Shown here in pieces: positions 25,679 to 39,586 of a DNA stretch of 64,000 bases. Numbering within the stretch: position 1 is the stretch's first letter; each line of letters begins with the position of its first letter. Origin of the DNA: Spongospora subterranea f. sp. subterranea (lineage: Eukaryota); NCBI GenBank assembly GCA_049724395.1, contig JAUGWO010000001.1, positions 62,001-126,000 on the forward strand, given 5' to 3'. The translations under genes and the position numbers were made by a program. The notes under the pieces were generated by a model. That model had not been told where the DNA came from. It ran no database searches and saw only the letters and a program-made list of their open reading frames with translations.

Positions 25679-26319
25679 TCACGCGTAGTGCCCGCTAGAA
25701 CATCACACAGGTCAATACACACAGATTGATCACGCTCGTCGCCTTACTGTTTGGCATCTGTAGCGCCGTCGTAGTGGTTCTCGCTAGGAAACAAAAACGG
25801 ACGTTAGTGGTTCTGTGTGTGTGTGGGATTCAATGGGGAGTTTCACGTACTGGTCACCTTCGGCGTCATCGTGGTATTCGTGCTCGGAATCTGTCGCCAA
25901 CACGGTGAATACGTCAGGTTGAATATGGGGTGAACCGGTGATGACAAACCTTCGTGATCGTCGTGCTCTTCACCGTCCTACAAACAGAGAAATCAGTGAC
26001 GGAACACAACGACGACGACGACGACGGGCGAAGAACATACGTGATGGAATCCATGGCTGTGGGCGTGACCGTGGTGGGCATGATCGTGATGGGCGTGGGC
26101 ATCGCTATGAATATCGTGACTGAACCAGACGAACGGTGATTAGATCCCCGAGATAACGACCCATGAATGGGCGGCAACAAATATCACGAACTGGTCGATA
26201 TGGCCATCACCATGGTGCACGTGCATCCTGGTGTCACCGGCGTCGACGATCATGACGAGGACGATGGCCAGACCGATCACGATCAGACAGGTACGGGGGG
26301 CGACGACACAGATCGACAT
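25679..26319 (-). CDS. Secreted His/Asp-rich protein F (family 2), 6 exons
   Basis: Spliced by eye: MSICVVAPRTCLIVIGLAIVLVMIVDA|GDTRMHVHHGDGHIDHHDIHSDAHAHHDHAHHGHAHSHGFHHDGEEHDDHEDSEHEYHDDAEGDHENHYDGATDAKHGHYA*. All five introns GT-AG with consistent phase; not shown intact in the ORF track. Confidence 0.82.
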
Positions 26320-26568
26320 CGTTTTCTTTGACGGGGGGAGAGTTCCAGAGAAGGAAAACAGACGGTCGCTGGATCTGGGTGGAAATGATTCTGAACAATC
26401 GCCCGACGACGAATCTGGTTTGGATTCGTGAATCTGCTGTTTCCGGGGCGTGATTCAACGCGGTCGCCAACGGCCCCAAGGTGAGTCAACTGGGCGTTGC
26501 TGTTCGATTGGGATCTCTGGGAAATCCCAGGGTTAATGACGGGCGTGACAGTCAGAAGTATTAATATT
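26320..26568. promoter_or_regulatory. Shared bidirectional promoter of genes F and G
   Basis: 249-bp head-to-head interval with TGAGTCA (26482-26488) and variant TGATTCA (26451-26457). Confidence 0.65.
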
Positions 26569-27234
26569 ATGTCGGGATCGGGAGCTATCGCCATCGCGCT
26601 GGTCGTAATGATGGGATTGGTGGGGGATATCGACGCCGGCGACACCAAGATGACGGTGTCCCATGGTGATGGACACATCGATCAGTAAGGACAACAACGG
26701 GCGATCGTCGCTCGTGTTGAGGGGTTTCTCGGCCGACCGTTCTGAATGGGGTTGGGCGTTTTAGTGAGGATATCGAGGGGCACGATCAGGAGGTCGATCG
26801 GGTTGAACATCATCATGGTGTTGCTCGTAGCCATGGATATCGTCGTGATCACGATCATGGTATGGGGTTCTGCTGTGTTGACGGTTCTATGGGCAAAACT
26901 CAGATCATGTGATTGTGTTGACAGATGAGGTGGAGTTATTCGATGACCAAACAGGTCTGGTGAAATACGAAGGTTTCGTGGTCAATGTTGTTCTGATCGG
27001 TTTGTGTTGTAGATGGAGAACAGTAAGTAGTCGGGCTCGGGGAATCGGCGCCACAATTGTTGATCTGGTTGGGTCAGTCACGATCACGATTACGAACACG
27101 ATGATGACGGTGATGATGATGATGACGATGATTACGAGGATGACGATGATGAGGACGATGATCATCACCACCATGATCTTCATCGTGACGATGATCATCA
27201 CCACGATGTCCACGAACTGCATGATCATATCTGA
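26569..27234 (+). CDS. Secreted His/Asp-rich protein G (family 2), 5 exons including a 10-nt micro-exon
   Basis: MSGSGAIAIALVVMMGLVGDIDA|GDTKMTVSHGDGHIDHEDIEGHDQEVDRVEHHHG...DGEHHDHDYEHDDDGDDDDDDDYEDDDDEDDDHHHHDLHRDDDHHHDVHELHDHI*. Confidence 0.82.
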
Positions 27235-27863
27235 CCACGATATTCCTCAATTTTTATGGGGCATTCATGTGCACCGTCCTTATTATAACAATATCAATTG
27301 AAAATCAATTCGATAAAATAAACTGATATGATTTATTCTACAACAATCATCAATCAATGACGTGGGTTTCAATAGAAATCACTGGATAAACAACGATCGC
27401 GACATGGAATATTGTCTCGGCCGTTTCGAACGGCAACGCCCCACTCCTTCGACGACGGTAAACGCAGCGTTCCTGGGATCATTTCGAACCCTGAGGCGAT
27501 TGGTATCGCTCACATGTAGATCTCAAAACACACACACAGATTCTGCACATCGTCGACAAATCGTGTTAAATTCGCTACAAGGTCTCAACGCAGCTCCAGG
27601 GACTTCTACAAACGACGTTGTTGGAATAGCCCGATTCACTCGAATAGTCGGGTTGAGCGTGATTGAACACCTGTACTGGAATCGCGATGTTTCTGGACAT
27701 TGTGTTGTCGCATTGTTTAGCACAATCTACTCGGGAACGTTACGCAGCAGCGCACACACGACACGGGAAGAGAATCCTGATGAGAACCACAACAAGCACA
27801 GACAGTATATCGCCAAGGTTAATAGTTTATTGGTTTTCGTACAGGACTGATTGAATCGATTGA

Positions 27864-28235
27864 TTAAAATGAGGGATGGAAGCGACGCGCTCGATCAGCT
27901 TGGAATTCGCGGAACTCTCGCAGCTCGTCTTCGTCTACGAAGGGTTCGACGTGATCGTGCGCGTGATGGGACGGGAGATCGTCGCCCGAGTGCCAGTCTA
28001 AATCCCCATTGCGATGCGGGAACTCGTGGTGCCGTTGCCAATCGCCCACGCCGAGCAGATCGTGGTGCTGGTCGTCGTGGCCCTCGCCGGGGAAATCGCG
28101 CAACGCGTACACGCCATGGTTGTCGTTGTCGACGTGTCCGTCACCATGATCGACCCAGATCAGGGTGTCACCGGCGTGTGCGATCCCGCTCAGCACGATC
28201 GTGAAGATGAACAGGGCGTCAAGCCTTCCTCGCAT
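27864..28235 (-). CDS. Secreted His/Asp-rich protein H (family 2), intronless
   Basis: MRGRLDALFIFTIVLSGIAHA|GDTLIWVDHGDGHVDNDNHG...; TGACTCA at 28413-28419. Confidence 0.85.
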   Translation of the reverse strand: MRGRLDALFIFTIVLSGIAHAGDTLIWVDHGDGHVDNDNHGVYALRDFPGEGHDDQHHDLLGVGDWQRHHEFPHRNGDLDWHSGDDLPSHHAHDHVEPFVDEDELREFREFQADRARRFHPSF

Positions 28236-28752
28236 TCAAACAGAATCAAACGTATCAACGGAAAATATGTCGGGGGGTGTTGTGGTATTCCAATAAAATA
28301 GTGTTGTGAGGCCTAGTTGAGATGGGTTAGAGTGGGAGTCAATCGCATCAATCCCACATAAATCCGAGTGACGTTGACGTCAACGATCAGAGATCTTCTT
28401 GAGATCAGGCCATGACTCAACTCTAATCGCGTTGACCGACGCAGAGAATTCCAGGAGTCAACACTTATGTGGGATTTGTCAAGACCTAAATGTGGAAAAA
28501 TCTATTGAACGGCCCACGAGGGTTTGTTTGTCGGCGACGTTCTTCAACGAAAGCAATGAAACTGATATCGCCAACATTCGAATCACACTGAGATCAAGCA
28601 GATTTCCTTTCTTGAAACAATTTATTGAATGAATCTTTTCGATGGAATGAAGATAATCTGCCAATACAAATTTCAAAAACGAAAACACAAGGTTGTTGGG
28701 CGATTTTACAGTACAATGATATCGAGTAGATGAAATATATACAAGCGGTGGC

Positions 28753-30750
28753 TCATGAAGAAGGCAGAGCTGGTGATTTGCCAGGGTAGAAATACGCGTA
28801 CAGGGACCTGGACCCATAGACGAACGCGGTGCCCGTCATCATTGACAGCGAACAAAGGTAGAACGAGGTGGCGCCAGAGCACAGACCCACAAGAGAAGAA
28901 ACGGGCATCATTCCCGTTAACCCCACACCTAAACGCAACACAAATACATCAAAATAGATTGCACGATCACCGCTCATGACAAAAACAACAAAACTGCCAA
29001 AACTCAAAGAAATGTTTTCAACTTTTGTTGAAGACAGAAATGTTGCTGAACGACGGGACTTGGGGACACTGTTGTTGAAACATGAAAAAAAAACATCAGA
29101 TCGTCTTACCGACTCCAAGTAGACCGGGTCCGACCACCGAACTGATTGCTGATGATTTATTACGGTCAGGATCCGGTAGAGCTGAAGGGGCTAGACGAGA
29201 ATCGAGAAAGCGATTGCAGATGGCAGCGACTCCAAGACCCTAAACATCCCTTTGATGAGGCAGGCGACATCGGGTAGTTCTGCGTGAATGTGTTACCAGA
29301 ATCAAAGTTGGATCGGCGTTGGCAGTTAAACCTAACAGCGACAGGACCTTGTCCGAGCTGCATCTGCGCAAAGATTAGAGTTCACACAGTGTTGCTGATC
29401 GATCATACAACAAAAAAAAGCGCGACCGACGACACTGATCAAATTGCTTTTCAACAATAACCTCACGAATGAAGACAGCAAAATTGAATCGGATGATATC
29501 AAAGCAAAGCGTGGGATAAAACAGATACATAAAAAAATTGAGCACAGAGGCGGGTGCAGCGCCATTTGTACTTCAAATGGGAGAACCGTTAGATATTGGG
29601 ATATTCCAAGAAAGTTACAGCAATTAACATGAACTGGAACAAAAAACTAGGATGCGTTTGGAAAAAAATCGATCTGCGTTATTACAGTCCAATAAGGCCG
29701 GTCCCAAGCCCGATACCCGCGCCAGATGCGAACGATACGGCCACCGGGCGCAGTGACAGACGCTGGGCCAGCTGCCCTTTCACGGAAAGGAATAGAAGAC
29801 CGGCGGCGGTAAAGGCCAACATCGATGGACCATCAGCCACAATATCTGCATCTAGACCTGATTCAACAAACAGTTAACAGCAGTCTGTACGTAGTCAACC
29901 ACCAAGATGCATGCAAAAAAACAAATCCCGACTTCAGTCCAATCAGAAAACGTCAAATTTGGGTCTTTTCCAAAACGATAGATGCATAGGCGAGCCATTG
30001 TATGCGAAACAATGATAACTTAACAGAAACGTGTGATCGTGCTTCAATTCAGATTAGACACAGATTTCAACGACACCAGAAAAAGAACTGTTGAACCTTA
30101 ACCGGGTTCGAGATACAGCATACTCACTGTATTTGGCGATAGCTGAATCCATATAGAGCATGGCAGGGACTGATTGCGCCAGGCACGCCGTACCGACAGC
30201 CGTTGCCGCTGCCAATCCCGCCTTGCGGTACGAACGCTGGCCCAGAGCGTTGGCTCCCAGGCCCGTGCCACGTCCCAACTGATATCCGACCCCGATCTGA
30301 GAAGTGAATTACTGACAAGGTTGGGCGTGTTGAGTTGGGCGCGATTCGTACTAGGAATCCCCCGGTGGCGATCGTTGTGGGGACTGGATGAAGATTACCA
30401 GACAACGCTAAGCCAATCTCGCCAAACGAGAAATCGAACAGAGAGAATCCTGAAAGCAGCATTCCTGAAGCGAACGACATATGACGACCTAACGTTTTTG
30501 TCAGACTGAAACCGTTCTTTTTGATGAAAGTAACGATGGGGATTCACCAATATGGGATATGGTGTATGTGGGCTGTGGCTCAGACCGATAATCGGCGTCT
30601 TGGGATGGGATGAAACCAGACCTGAGCGTTTTCCATATCGACACGGATCGGCCCAGGTACCGACGATGAGCGTGGCATGATAACGACAAGCACAGACCGC
30701 CGGCGACGCTTGAGACAATCGTCGGCAACATCCCGCTGACCGACATTATT
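28753..30750 (-). CDS. Probable multi-exon membrane protein, unidentified
   Basis: Several hydrophobic Gly/Ala-rich minus-strand segments (e.g. AFTAAGLLFLSV...SFASGAGIGLGTGLIG; AGLAAATAVGTACLA; SLVGLCSGATSFYLCSLSMMTGTAFVYG) between intron-like stretches; model not resolved. Confidence 0.35.
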
Positions 30751-30899
30751 ACAACATAAGAATGGACAGGGCGACGGAGTCCGGACCGGGGCAAAACCAG
30801 GGAAAACACACAGAGATGGAAAAGTGACAACGATCGAGAAAGCAATAAAACGATCAAGAAGATTTATATGTTAATGGTTGGAAGGGTAAAATGTACAAA

Positions 30900-32877
30900 T
30901 CATGTTCGCAGGATATGATCACGGCGAATATAGACGACGACAGCTAAACCGCAGCAGAGCCCGCAAAGAATGACGTTCTCGACAACGACATAGCTGAAGG
31001 GCGACCGAGTCGGTTGGGACGTCGAGGCGACCGGAGTAGATGTGATCCCGAGCCACCACATATGAATGTGCAGGATAAGCAACGCGATCTGTACGGGGAC
31101 GAAGGCCGACGGATCCGCTTGTTTGGCAGAATCGTACGAACGCTTGGCGAGATGTAGATCCTGATCGGGTCCCCATTCGTGCATATAGCCCAGGTTGAAC
31201 AAAGCTTGGGCGTCGGATTTCTCAGCGGCTTGTTGATAGCGACGCGTCGCTTCCGGTGCACCACCAGATACGACGCCGTAATAAGACATGTCGCCAAGTA
31301 TGCGTTGGGCATAAGCCGAGCCTTGATCGGCGGCCATCCTCCAGAATTTGATGGCCATTTCTTCGTGATCATCACCGTAGTAGCCCAACGCTTCGCCCAA
31401 CATCCAGGCGACGTTGGTCTGACAGATTTCGTCCCCAGCCATAGCACATTGTCCATAATGCCACAGCGCCGCCTCATAATTTCCGGCTAAGAACTGGGAA
31501 TGCCCTTGGGTATGCCTCTCAGCAGCCCATGCTCCACGCTCAGCAACAACTTTGTGCAAGCGAACACCGAGCGAGCACGACTTCAAAGTCCCCAGCCCCA
31601 GAAGCTGCATCTGGGCAAGATTATAGAGGGAGGGGGTATGGCCCTGGTGACCAGCCATTGTGAAATAATGTAGGGCGGTGACATATGACTTATCAACATG
31701 AGCGCCCGTATAGTACAACATGCCCAACGCGTACTGCGCATCTGCCGACCCTAGATCAGCCGCCTCCTTGTAATACTTTACCGCTAACTGCATATTCTGA
31801 GGTACACCTTGTCCATGCGCGTACATAAATGCCAAACCGGTATACCCAGCAGCGCTTCCAAGGGCGGAAGACTTCCGAAACAGGGAGAGTGCAGTTTTGT
31901 TATTTTGCTCCATCCCCTGACCATTCGCGTGCATGGCCCCAAGATGCGCCATTGCGTTAGCGTCGCCTTGGTCAGCTGCTCGTCGGAAATAGTGGGCAGC
32001 GCGGCCGTGATCTTGAGGAATGCCTCGAAGACCGCGCTGATGGAGTTGCCCCAGTACCACCTGTGCGTTGACGTCCCCGCCATCAGCGGCGTGCTCGAAA
32101 TAATGAATTACATCCTGAAAAACCCCGTTGATTGATGATTTCCGGTACAGGCAATCGCTAAAACCTTTGATTCTTCAGTAGGTTTATGTCGAGCGGTATC
32201 ATCGGTGAGCTTGACTCGCTCAAATGATGGCGTAGTGTCCATGCTATCTACGACTGCAAACAAGATTGAGACGAAAAGGTTGGTTCTGGAAATTCATGTT
32301 GTGAAATACCTGCTTCGGAAACTGGCATGTAATATTTGACAGCGCCATCGCAATTTTTTGGAACGCCATATCCGTTCAGATAACGATATCCTATGGTCAT
32401 TGAGCACTCCTTGCATTCGCCACTCTGAGCGCCCATGAAATAATGCAGCAGACTCTTGGGCATATCAGCTGTGCCATTGAATCCAAATCCAGTGGAATAT
32501 AGAAATCCTAACGACTTATGGCAGGAAGCATCGCCAGACGCCGCCCCCTTTTCAAGAAATTCGATCGCTGATTTGTAATCAGCGCCAGGAACAGAAGATG
32601 ATCGGATTTCTCCCGTCAGATACATATCGGCAATAACTCCAGCTGCCCTCGTAGTTACACCCGAGTCATGCGCCGACTTCAGAAGCGAAACCGCTGACTG
32701 ATAATCGCCTTCCTTTCGTAGAAGATTGGCGCGCTCGATGACCTCCTGCGACGCGTCGGGCGTCCCGAGAGGCGCCTCAAAATTGGCCATAGAAAATTCC
32801 CGGCCTGACGCCGGCGACAGCAGAGCTGGTCCGACGAGCAGAATCAGGAGGATGAACCCCCAGGTGATGTCGACCAT
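30900..32877 (-). CDS. SEL1L: SEL1L/HRD3 ERAD component (signal peptide, Sel1 repeats, C-terminal TM)
   Basis: Many Sel1 repeats (AQYALGMLY, AQALFNLGYMHEWG), QDLHLAKRSYD motif, N-terminal signal MVDITWGFILLILLVG, C-terminal TM. Confidence 0.88.
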
Positions 32878-33317
32878 TTGGTTGTCGAGAAAGAAAGAGA
32901 CTGTAACAAACCACTGTTTAAGCCCTCGTCCAGTCACGCCTGACAAACAGGGTGTGTAACACTTGTACTGTACACCGTGGCGTTTCGACCAACAGCGCAC
33001 TTTTGAAGTTCAGACTGGGGCGCAGACAAACGGTCAGCAGGGTTCACTGTTACAAGTACAGGATTCATTCTGGAAAAACTCCGAGGGAACAAGATCTGGT
33101 TTGAACGAGAACAGGTCGGACTGGGCCAGGGCCGAGAAGTTATTTCGGGCAGAGATTTTCGTGTGTATAATCCACGACCGGATTCATGAGATCGACAGAG
33201 GCGCGTCACTCAGTGTTTTCCCGAACCGATGTATTGCACAGACCGTGAAGAAATAGCCAGGAGCTGAGGAAATCGTCCGACAATCACCGTGTTGTCGAAT
33301 TCATGTTCCGACAATAA

Positions 33318-34371
33318 TTAGTTTACTATGCGAACATTCGGAGCCGGAAATCTGATGGCAGTTATCCAAACAATATCATGTGATGTTTCGACCGTAATCG
33401 TGTCGCATTCAATCAGATTGCTTGTCGAAATCAGGCCCGAAAAAAGCGTTCGTTGTGATTCAAGGTTCCATCGAAGTCCTAACACGGTCAATCAATACTA
33501 CAACGATTCGTCATTGTTTTTGTTTGCGTTTTTACCGGTCGTGGAAACACAATCAGCAGCAATCCCGATTGGAATAAGACCGCATGTTGGTCCCTGAAGG
33601 CTTTCATGACATCTCTGTTGAATCTATAACCAACTAATAGAGAGTGGCTATTGTGTTATCGTACGATTATATTTGTTCCCGATCTGAGAAGGCATGCAAA
33701 ATTGTCATTTGATACTAGCGACATCGACCGGAACCGTGATCTGAATACGTAGAGTGCGTTGATGGCATTCATAACATGGTCAAACCGACCAGAGAAGGCG
33801 CCGAAAGCGATGAGATCCAAAGGTAATTCAATATTATCTGCAACATATTCAGAAAAGATCGTTCACCAAAAAACAACCAGAACCTATCAGCATCACTTGC
33901 TCTGGATCAGTACAGCCGATATTGTGCCAAGCGGCAACGCAGATACATCTATGCTAGGTATTAATTTTAGCCACACCTTCAAGACGGCAAAAGAACACTA
34001 ACTTATAGAGGTCTGTATGATCTTGAGATGAAATTTTTAGTATTTTGCATCCTTTCGAGCGATACAATTCAACAGTAGCTGGGCTGATCGAATCCAAATC
34101 CCCACAAATAAAATGAGGAATATATCTGTAAATAATGGCATCAGAATGATTAAGCAAATCATGGAGACGATTCGCACCTATTCAGTTCATCGTTGGCACC
34201 GAACAGGCGTTGCATGCGGGTCGCAGCGCCATCAGCGGCGATGATCAGGGACGATGATTGCCATAGCTGCTTCAGGAAGGGGAGCGAGGTGTCATCGATA
34301 GTGTTCAATATGATCAATACATGGGGTGATGAACCCCCAAGGATTGACTTATGATCCAACACGATCGACAT
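33318..34371 (-). CDS. TPK1: Thiamine pyrophosphokinase, multi-exon
   Basis: LIILN, IAADGAA, ICGDLDSI, QDHTDLYK, GAFSGRFDHVM, GPTCGLIPIG, GLRWNL, GLISTSN. Confidence 0.92.
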
Positions 34372-36394
34372 TTGCTCTAAAACCCGAGGAACGGAACGGC
34401 CTTGGTTTGTGAATATTCCCCGAAAACACTTGCCGGAGAAGCCATATCCTCCGCTGGCCATGAACGCTGCCGCTACAGCTAGCGCAACCCCCCCCCCCCC
34501 CCTGACGATGCCTCTTCGTCAAAAGCGAAACCGATGGAACCATAAGCACTGTAGGTAAACACAATTCGAAGATCCAGCAAAACTAGTTTTTTTATAAAAA
34601 CCTACTCCCCAACGCAAAATGGCAAAACAAATCAAAGTAAGTAGTTCGATGGCCGCCATATCTGGTTCAGGAAAGGGAGCGAATTTTCGTTGACGAGGCC
34701 GTCAGACGAATAAATTATTTAGCCGTTGAACTCCCAAGGATCGCTGCAAATTTCGGACCGATTGGCATATTGTTTGAACTGTGGCCAGACCTGTGTCGAT
34801 TATATCTGGGTCGCACATGATCAAAGTCCTAAGCAGTAGATACCCCTCAACCTAAAACATTTCGAAAAGCAGGTTACAGTCCAATATATCTGCCATATTT
34901 TATGCCAAATCGTTTTCGACCATAACACCATTCATATCCACGACTTTTTACTGAATATCCTGATCGTCCATCGAAACGAGAATTCGTTTTTTTTTCTGGT
35001 CCAAGTCTGGCAAAATTAGACCTTAACCTCAACTTACAAAGCCCCAATAATTGAAATTAATTTTCAACATAAATACCAGCGGTATTCGTTTCATTTGGGC
35101 AAACATCATCCATCGTGATGGCTTCCCAATTTGGCAGATTGACTCTCCCCGGCATGTGAAAACACGTAATACAGTACCAACTGAAGCCCCGACAGGTGAT
35201 GGGGCTAGTTGTCGGATCAGTTGTTAATTTTTGAAGACTGCCGTCTCAAGATTCCTTGATTAACATTCAACAACAGCCAATGTACAATGATAGATGTGAA
35301 GTTACAGCTGCTTGTTGAATTTGCACAGGATCGCGATGCTTTCAAAATCCTGTACCATTGTTACTGCAAACAATGAATGTTATTAGGTGAATTGCTGATG
35401 AAACTCCACTCCCGAATAATTCTCAACGTGTGTTCTCTGTGAGCCAATGCACAGCATTACCGCCCGGTCATCAGCCGGACAGGGATGATGGTGTACACAG
35501 TACAGGACTTATTAATACACCCGTCGGGACTTACATAGGAAGAAACTGCGTCTGGTCAGATCCGGTTGCAAGTCCGGAATCCTTTTTTTATCATGCTTAT
35601 CGAAGCGGAATCTCGATTCGACGTTTAGACGGGGGAAGCAGTACCATACAGATTTACGTGTATCCAGCGTTGAAGAAGTTTCCACGATTTGAAAATGAGA
35701 TCTCCAATGTTGCTTTGAGCAGCGGACTTTTACTCATATTCTTCGAATACGTCGCCATTACCCCATCGTTATCTTTGCATCTTAGTATCTTTTCAACACA
35801 CTTTCAAAGAAACATCATTCTGGTACGATGTTGAAGAATACTATACCATGAATTCTAAAGGCACCCGTTTTCGTGACAATCAGCATTGATTCATGTCGAG
35901 TCCCAACGTTTCTGCCTTTCAAAAACCAAGTTGTTCTTATCTGGTATGTCGCTGTACGACCTCTTGATTCGGGCATTTTCACCAGAATGTTATCGCCTCG
36001 TGAGGTTGTTTTTGTTTGTATTGTTTCTGGATTCCACATGAGAACAGTTTTCGCAATATATCTCGCCCATACTGCCATATAAACTTCAATCTCACAACAC
36101 TTCGCTGCAAAATAGGTTCGATAAATGAGGCATTATCAAATCTCTTTGGGATGCCCAGGAGGAAGTGCATCCACGGAATTCCGTTCAGAGTGTACAGTAC
36201 ATCCTCCCTCTCTCTCGCGGTACCTATTTTTGCGCAGTCAATTTTTGCGCAGTCGGTGTGTTGCTGGGTCGTGCATGACCTCACTCTGGACACAGTACAC
36301 CCGTGTTGTTGGCGGGGGATCCCTCGCTCATGATTATTACGTTCTACTTCTACACTTATCATTTGATCCCGATCACATTTCCAGGGGGTAAACG

Positions 36395-39300
36395 ATGAGT
36401 AGATGGATATTAGTCGCTGCTGTTGTCAGCGTCTTGGCCGTCATTGTTTCATCGGCATCAGATTGGCCGACGAAGTGCCAAGCTTGCCGTTTTGAGTGCT
36501 TTGAATGCAGCCAGTTTAGCAATCCTCAAGATGGCTCCTTCTTCAAAATGTCAGAAACGTCTTTCTTCATTTGCGCAAAGCCTTATCGTATGCAGATCTG
36601 TACTAAGCTCTCCGAGTGAACCTCAACAATGGGAGTCTTTCGGTCAATGCGGAGATGTAGATTTTTTGCATATCGATTTTCAAAAGATAAATGTGGAATC
36701 ACGCTTGACCATGCCATCTCATGTCGGTACACTTCGGTAAATGCATAAACCCTGTATGGTTTTCTTTTTTTTTTTAAACGATATTTGCAGCATATCAGGT
36801 GTTAATGAGTACGTCGACGGTGCTTTTAGTGACATCAGCAAGACAACCACCAGTACACTCATGTACGGGAAATCGATGCATTTTTTTTGTCTTAATTTTT
36901 GCAATAGATTTGAAGGCGATATGATCATCGATGATATTCCTCATGTTCCGCTGATTTGGTACGGCATATTTGTTTTGTCAAAAGGAAAACTCGTTGATCA
37001 AATTTAGGTTCGTTAAAAACGAAGAGGAGCTTGGTGCGAAGTTTGGCGCTGGGGATGACAACGTCCCAGACGGATCTCTGATCTTTGGCGTTGACGAAAC
37101 TGTCCGCGTGAACAGATGTATCAAGACAATTCCAGAAAAAATTGAATCGTTGTCGTTGGATGTTGCTGAGCCAGAACAGTTTCTAGCGCTAACAACTGGA
37201 GTCACTTCAGGGCTATCTTTGTAAGCATTTTTTTGTAGTCTATTACATCGTGTCAACCCTTTACCATAGAAGTTTAACTCTACCGGTGTTGCCCCATATT
37301 TCGTTTGAGGACGAGTTTTTCCAACGCGTTGCCTCATTAGCAACGGTTATAAAATTGAAAAAGGCGGTATACTTCGATAGACACGACAGCTATATAATTG
37401 GGTTTCTCAAAAAACTTGCGAAATATAAAAGCAAGGATCTGCAAATGTATAACAGGTTTGAGCCACGTTTATTTTCTAAGACTAAATAATTTGATCAGAA
37501 TGCTTTACGTCACCCATGAATTCGCTGACTTCCTTCGATCGCGAAGCAACCAAATTCAGTGCAATGCACATCAACAAGACGAAGGGTTCGAATGCGGTTT
37601 TGACATTAAAGATCTGCCGACTCTAGATATTGACACTTCAAGGATTTCGGAAAGCCAGACAAATGAGCAACAACAAGGGTTTGTTTACTCTTCGGGAACG
37701 ATCGACTCTGCGTCTGGTGAAGTATTGTCAGGTTCGATGAATATCGGTGTAGAAGACGCTTCTGTAGACTATGCCAAAGAAAGTGGAGTTGGTAAAAGCT
37801 CTCGATCACTTGAAGAGTTCACCGCTGTTTTCCAACGAGATACTCGTTGTGACACGCCCGATTACCCTCAACTATCTTCTAACAGCCCGCGACAGTCTGA
37901 CCATGAATCCCCTGCCGAAGATTTTACGAAAATCAAAGAATTTGATACTGCTGTTTTCGAAGCCAATAGCCAGGGCGAGTTTTCCAAGGACGTCGACAAA
38001 AAGCGATCACGTCATTATGCAGATGTTATTCCGAAGCGGGAAGTTGGAAAAAGTATTGCGACAATATCGTACTCCCCTGACAAGGAAACTGTCACAAATA
38101 GTGAATCTGGTTCTGCTGCAGACGAAACTACCGATACAACGATCGATATTGACCCGATATCAACTATGGGATCAAGTGGTGACTACGATTGGGAGACGGA
38201 AGGGGATACCGAAGCACTCAGTTTTGATTCGACGGACTCCGTTCGCTTTCGGTCATTTGTTGAAAACCCTTTTCATATGCAACGTCCAAGAAGCAAAAAC
38301 AATTATATTGTCGATGACATGCTAACAGAGGATGGGGATTTTTCAGAGAATTTAGATGCCGCTAAAGTGTCGAGACAACCATTTTTCCAAGAAGAAAGGG
38401 GTATCCCATCTGCTATTGACAGCCCAACTCGATCTGAGCGTAGCAAGGCGAACAAACAACGGTTCAAAGATATCACCTATAATCACGGTTCGAATGAGGT
38501 CTCCGATCGTGACGAACGCGGCAGTGTAACAGTGGGCAAAACGAAACAACAGAAACGTGATCACGAAGGACATAGAGCTTCCGAGCAAGACAGAACATCT
38601 TCTTACGATCGAGATTATGTGTCTTCATTGCCACCCACATCCTCCTGTATTTCAGCGTCAGCTTCTGATTCGAGTGTTGAGGACGATGGTTGCGATTATG
38701 TCGACGCTACATACGTTCACGACTCTTTGAAAGACGAAGACGGATATGATGACAACCATTCCTATGACGGAGGGAATGCCAAATTTGAAAGCGTCGCTCC
38801 CAGCTCCAGAAGCGCTCCGTCTCGATGTGAATCTTTTTGCGAGCACCCCGACCTTATTCAATCAGGTCCTAACAGCCCAACCCAATCCAGCAACGCGAAC
38901 ACAGACAATTTTGGAAGTATCCAGTTTGATCATGAATCGGATATTGTCGCCGCTCGAGGTGGCACACATGAGACAGATCTAGCCAGGGATTCAGAGGACA
39001 GTGATGACGACCAAGACGATGCAAACCATTGTCAAGATTCTAACAGTGATTCTGCTGTGGGACAGGATTTCGGCTTTGATCGTTTTATTGGCGTTGGCAA
39101 CGCCAATGACGAAGAAGTCACTGCAGAGCCCTCCAACGGCGTTTCTGGAGATGATCCTCATCACGTACAGCCCGACCGCATCCCACCTGTTGTCATCAGC
39201 CCAACCCAACGCGATCTCGGCAACACAAACCAACAGAACGATTTCGGCGCTCCTCGCGCCCCAGATCAAGTCGTCACCACTGAGTCAGTAGAGCATGGCA

Positions 39301-39479
39301 GTTCATGGTTAGCCACACTCTGGTTTATTCCAGCAATATTAGCTTCTGCATCACTCTCCGTTGTGGGAGCCCTCGCGTTTACAATATTCTTGGCCAAAAG
39401 ACAGTCGGTTACGAAATCGCGTCTGCCTTTACCTCCCGTCTTGGAAAACCCTGATGATCCTGAGGCCCTCTGGTGGTAA
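36395..39479 (+). CDS. Type I membrane protein: signal peptide, Cys-containing N-terminal domain, long acidic Ser/Asp-rich region, C-terminal TM
   Basis: MSRWILVAAVVSVLAVIVSSA; several short exons, then a large terminal exon ending WFIPAILASASLSVVGALAFTIFLAKRQ...ALWW*. Confidence 0.7.
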
Positions 39480-39586
39480 TGGCTCGTTGCTAATCTATTC
39501 AGACTCAATTCTTGTGAGTAAACGCATACATTCATCAGATTATTCATATATTGTAATATATATTGTTTCGTTTTTGAAATAAAAAT

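Noticed and set aside
34600..36360. Short ORFs between TPK and the membrane-protein gene
   Set aside because: No coherent gene model or family motif seen.
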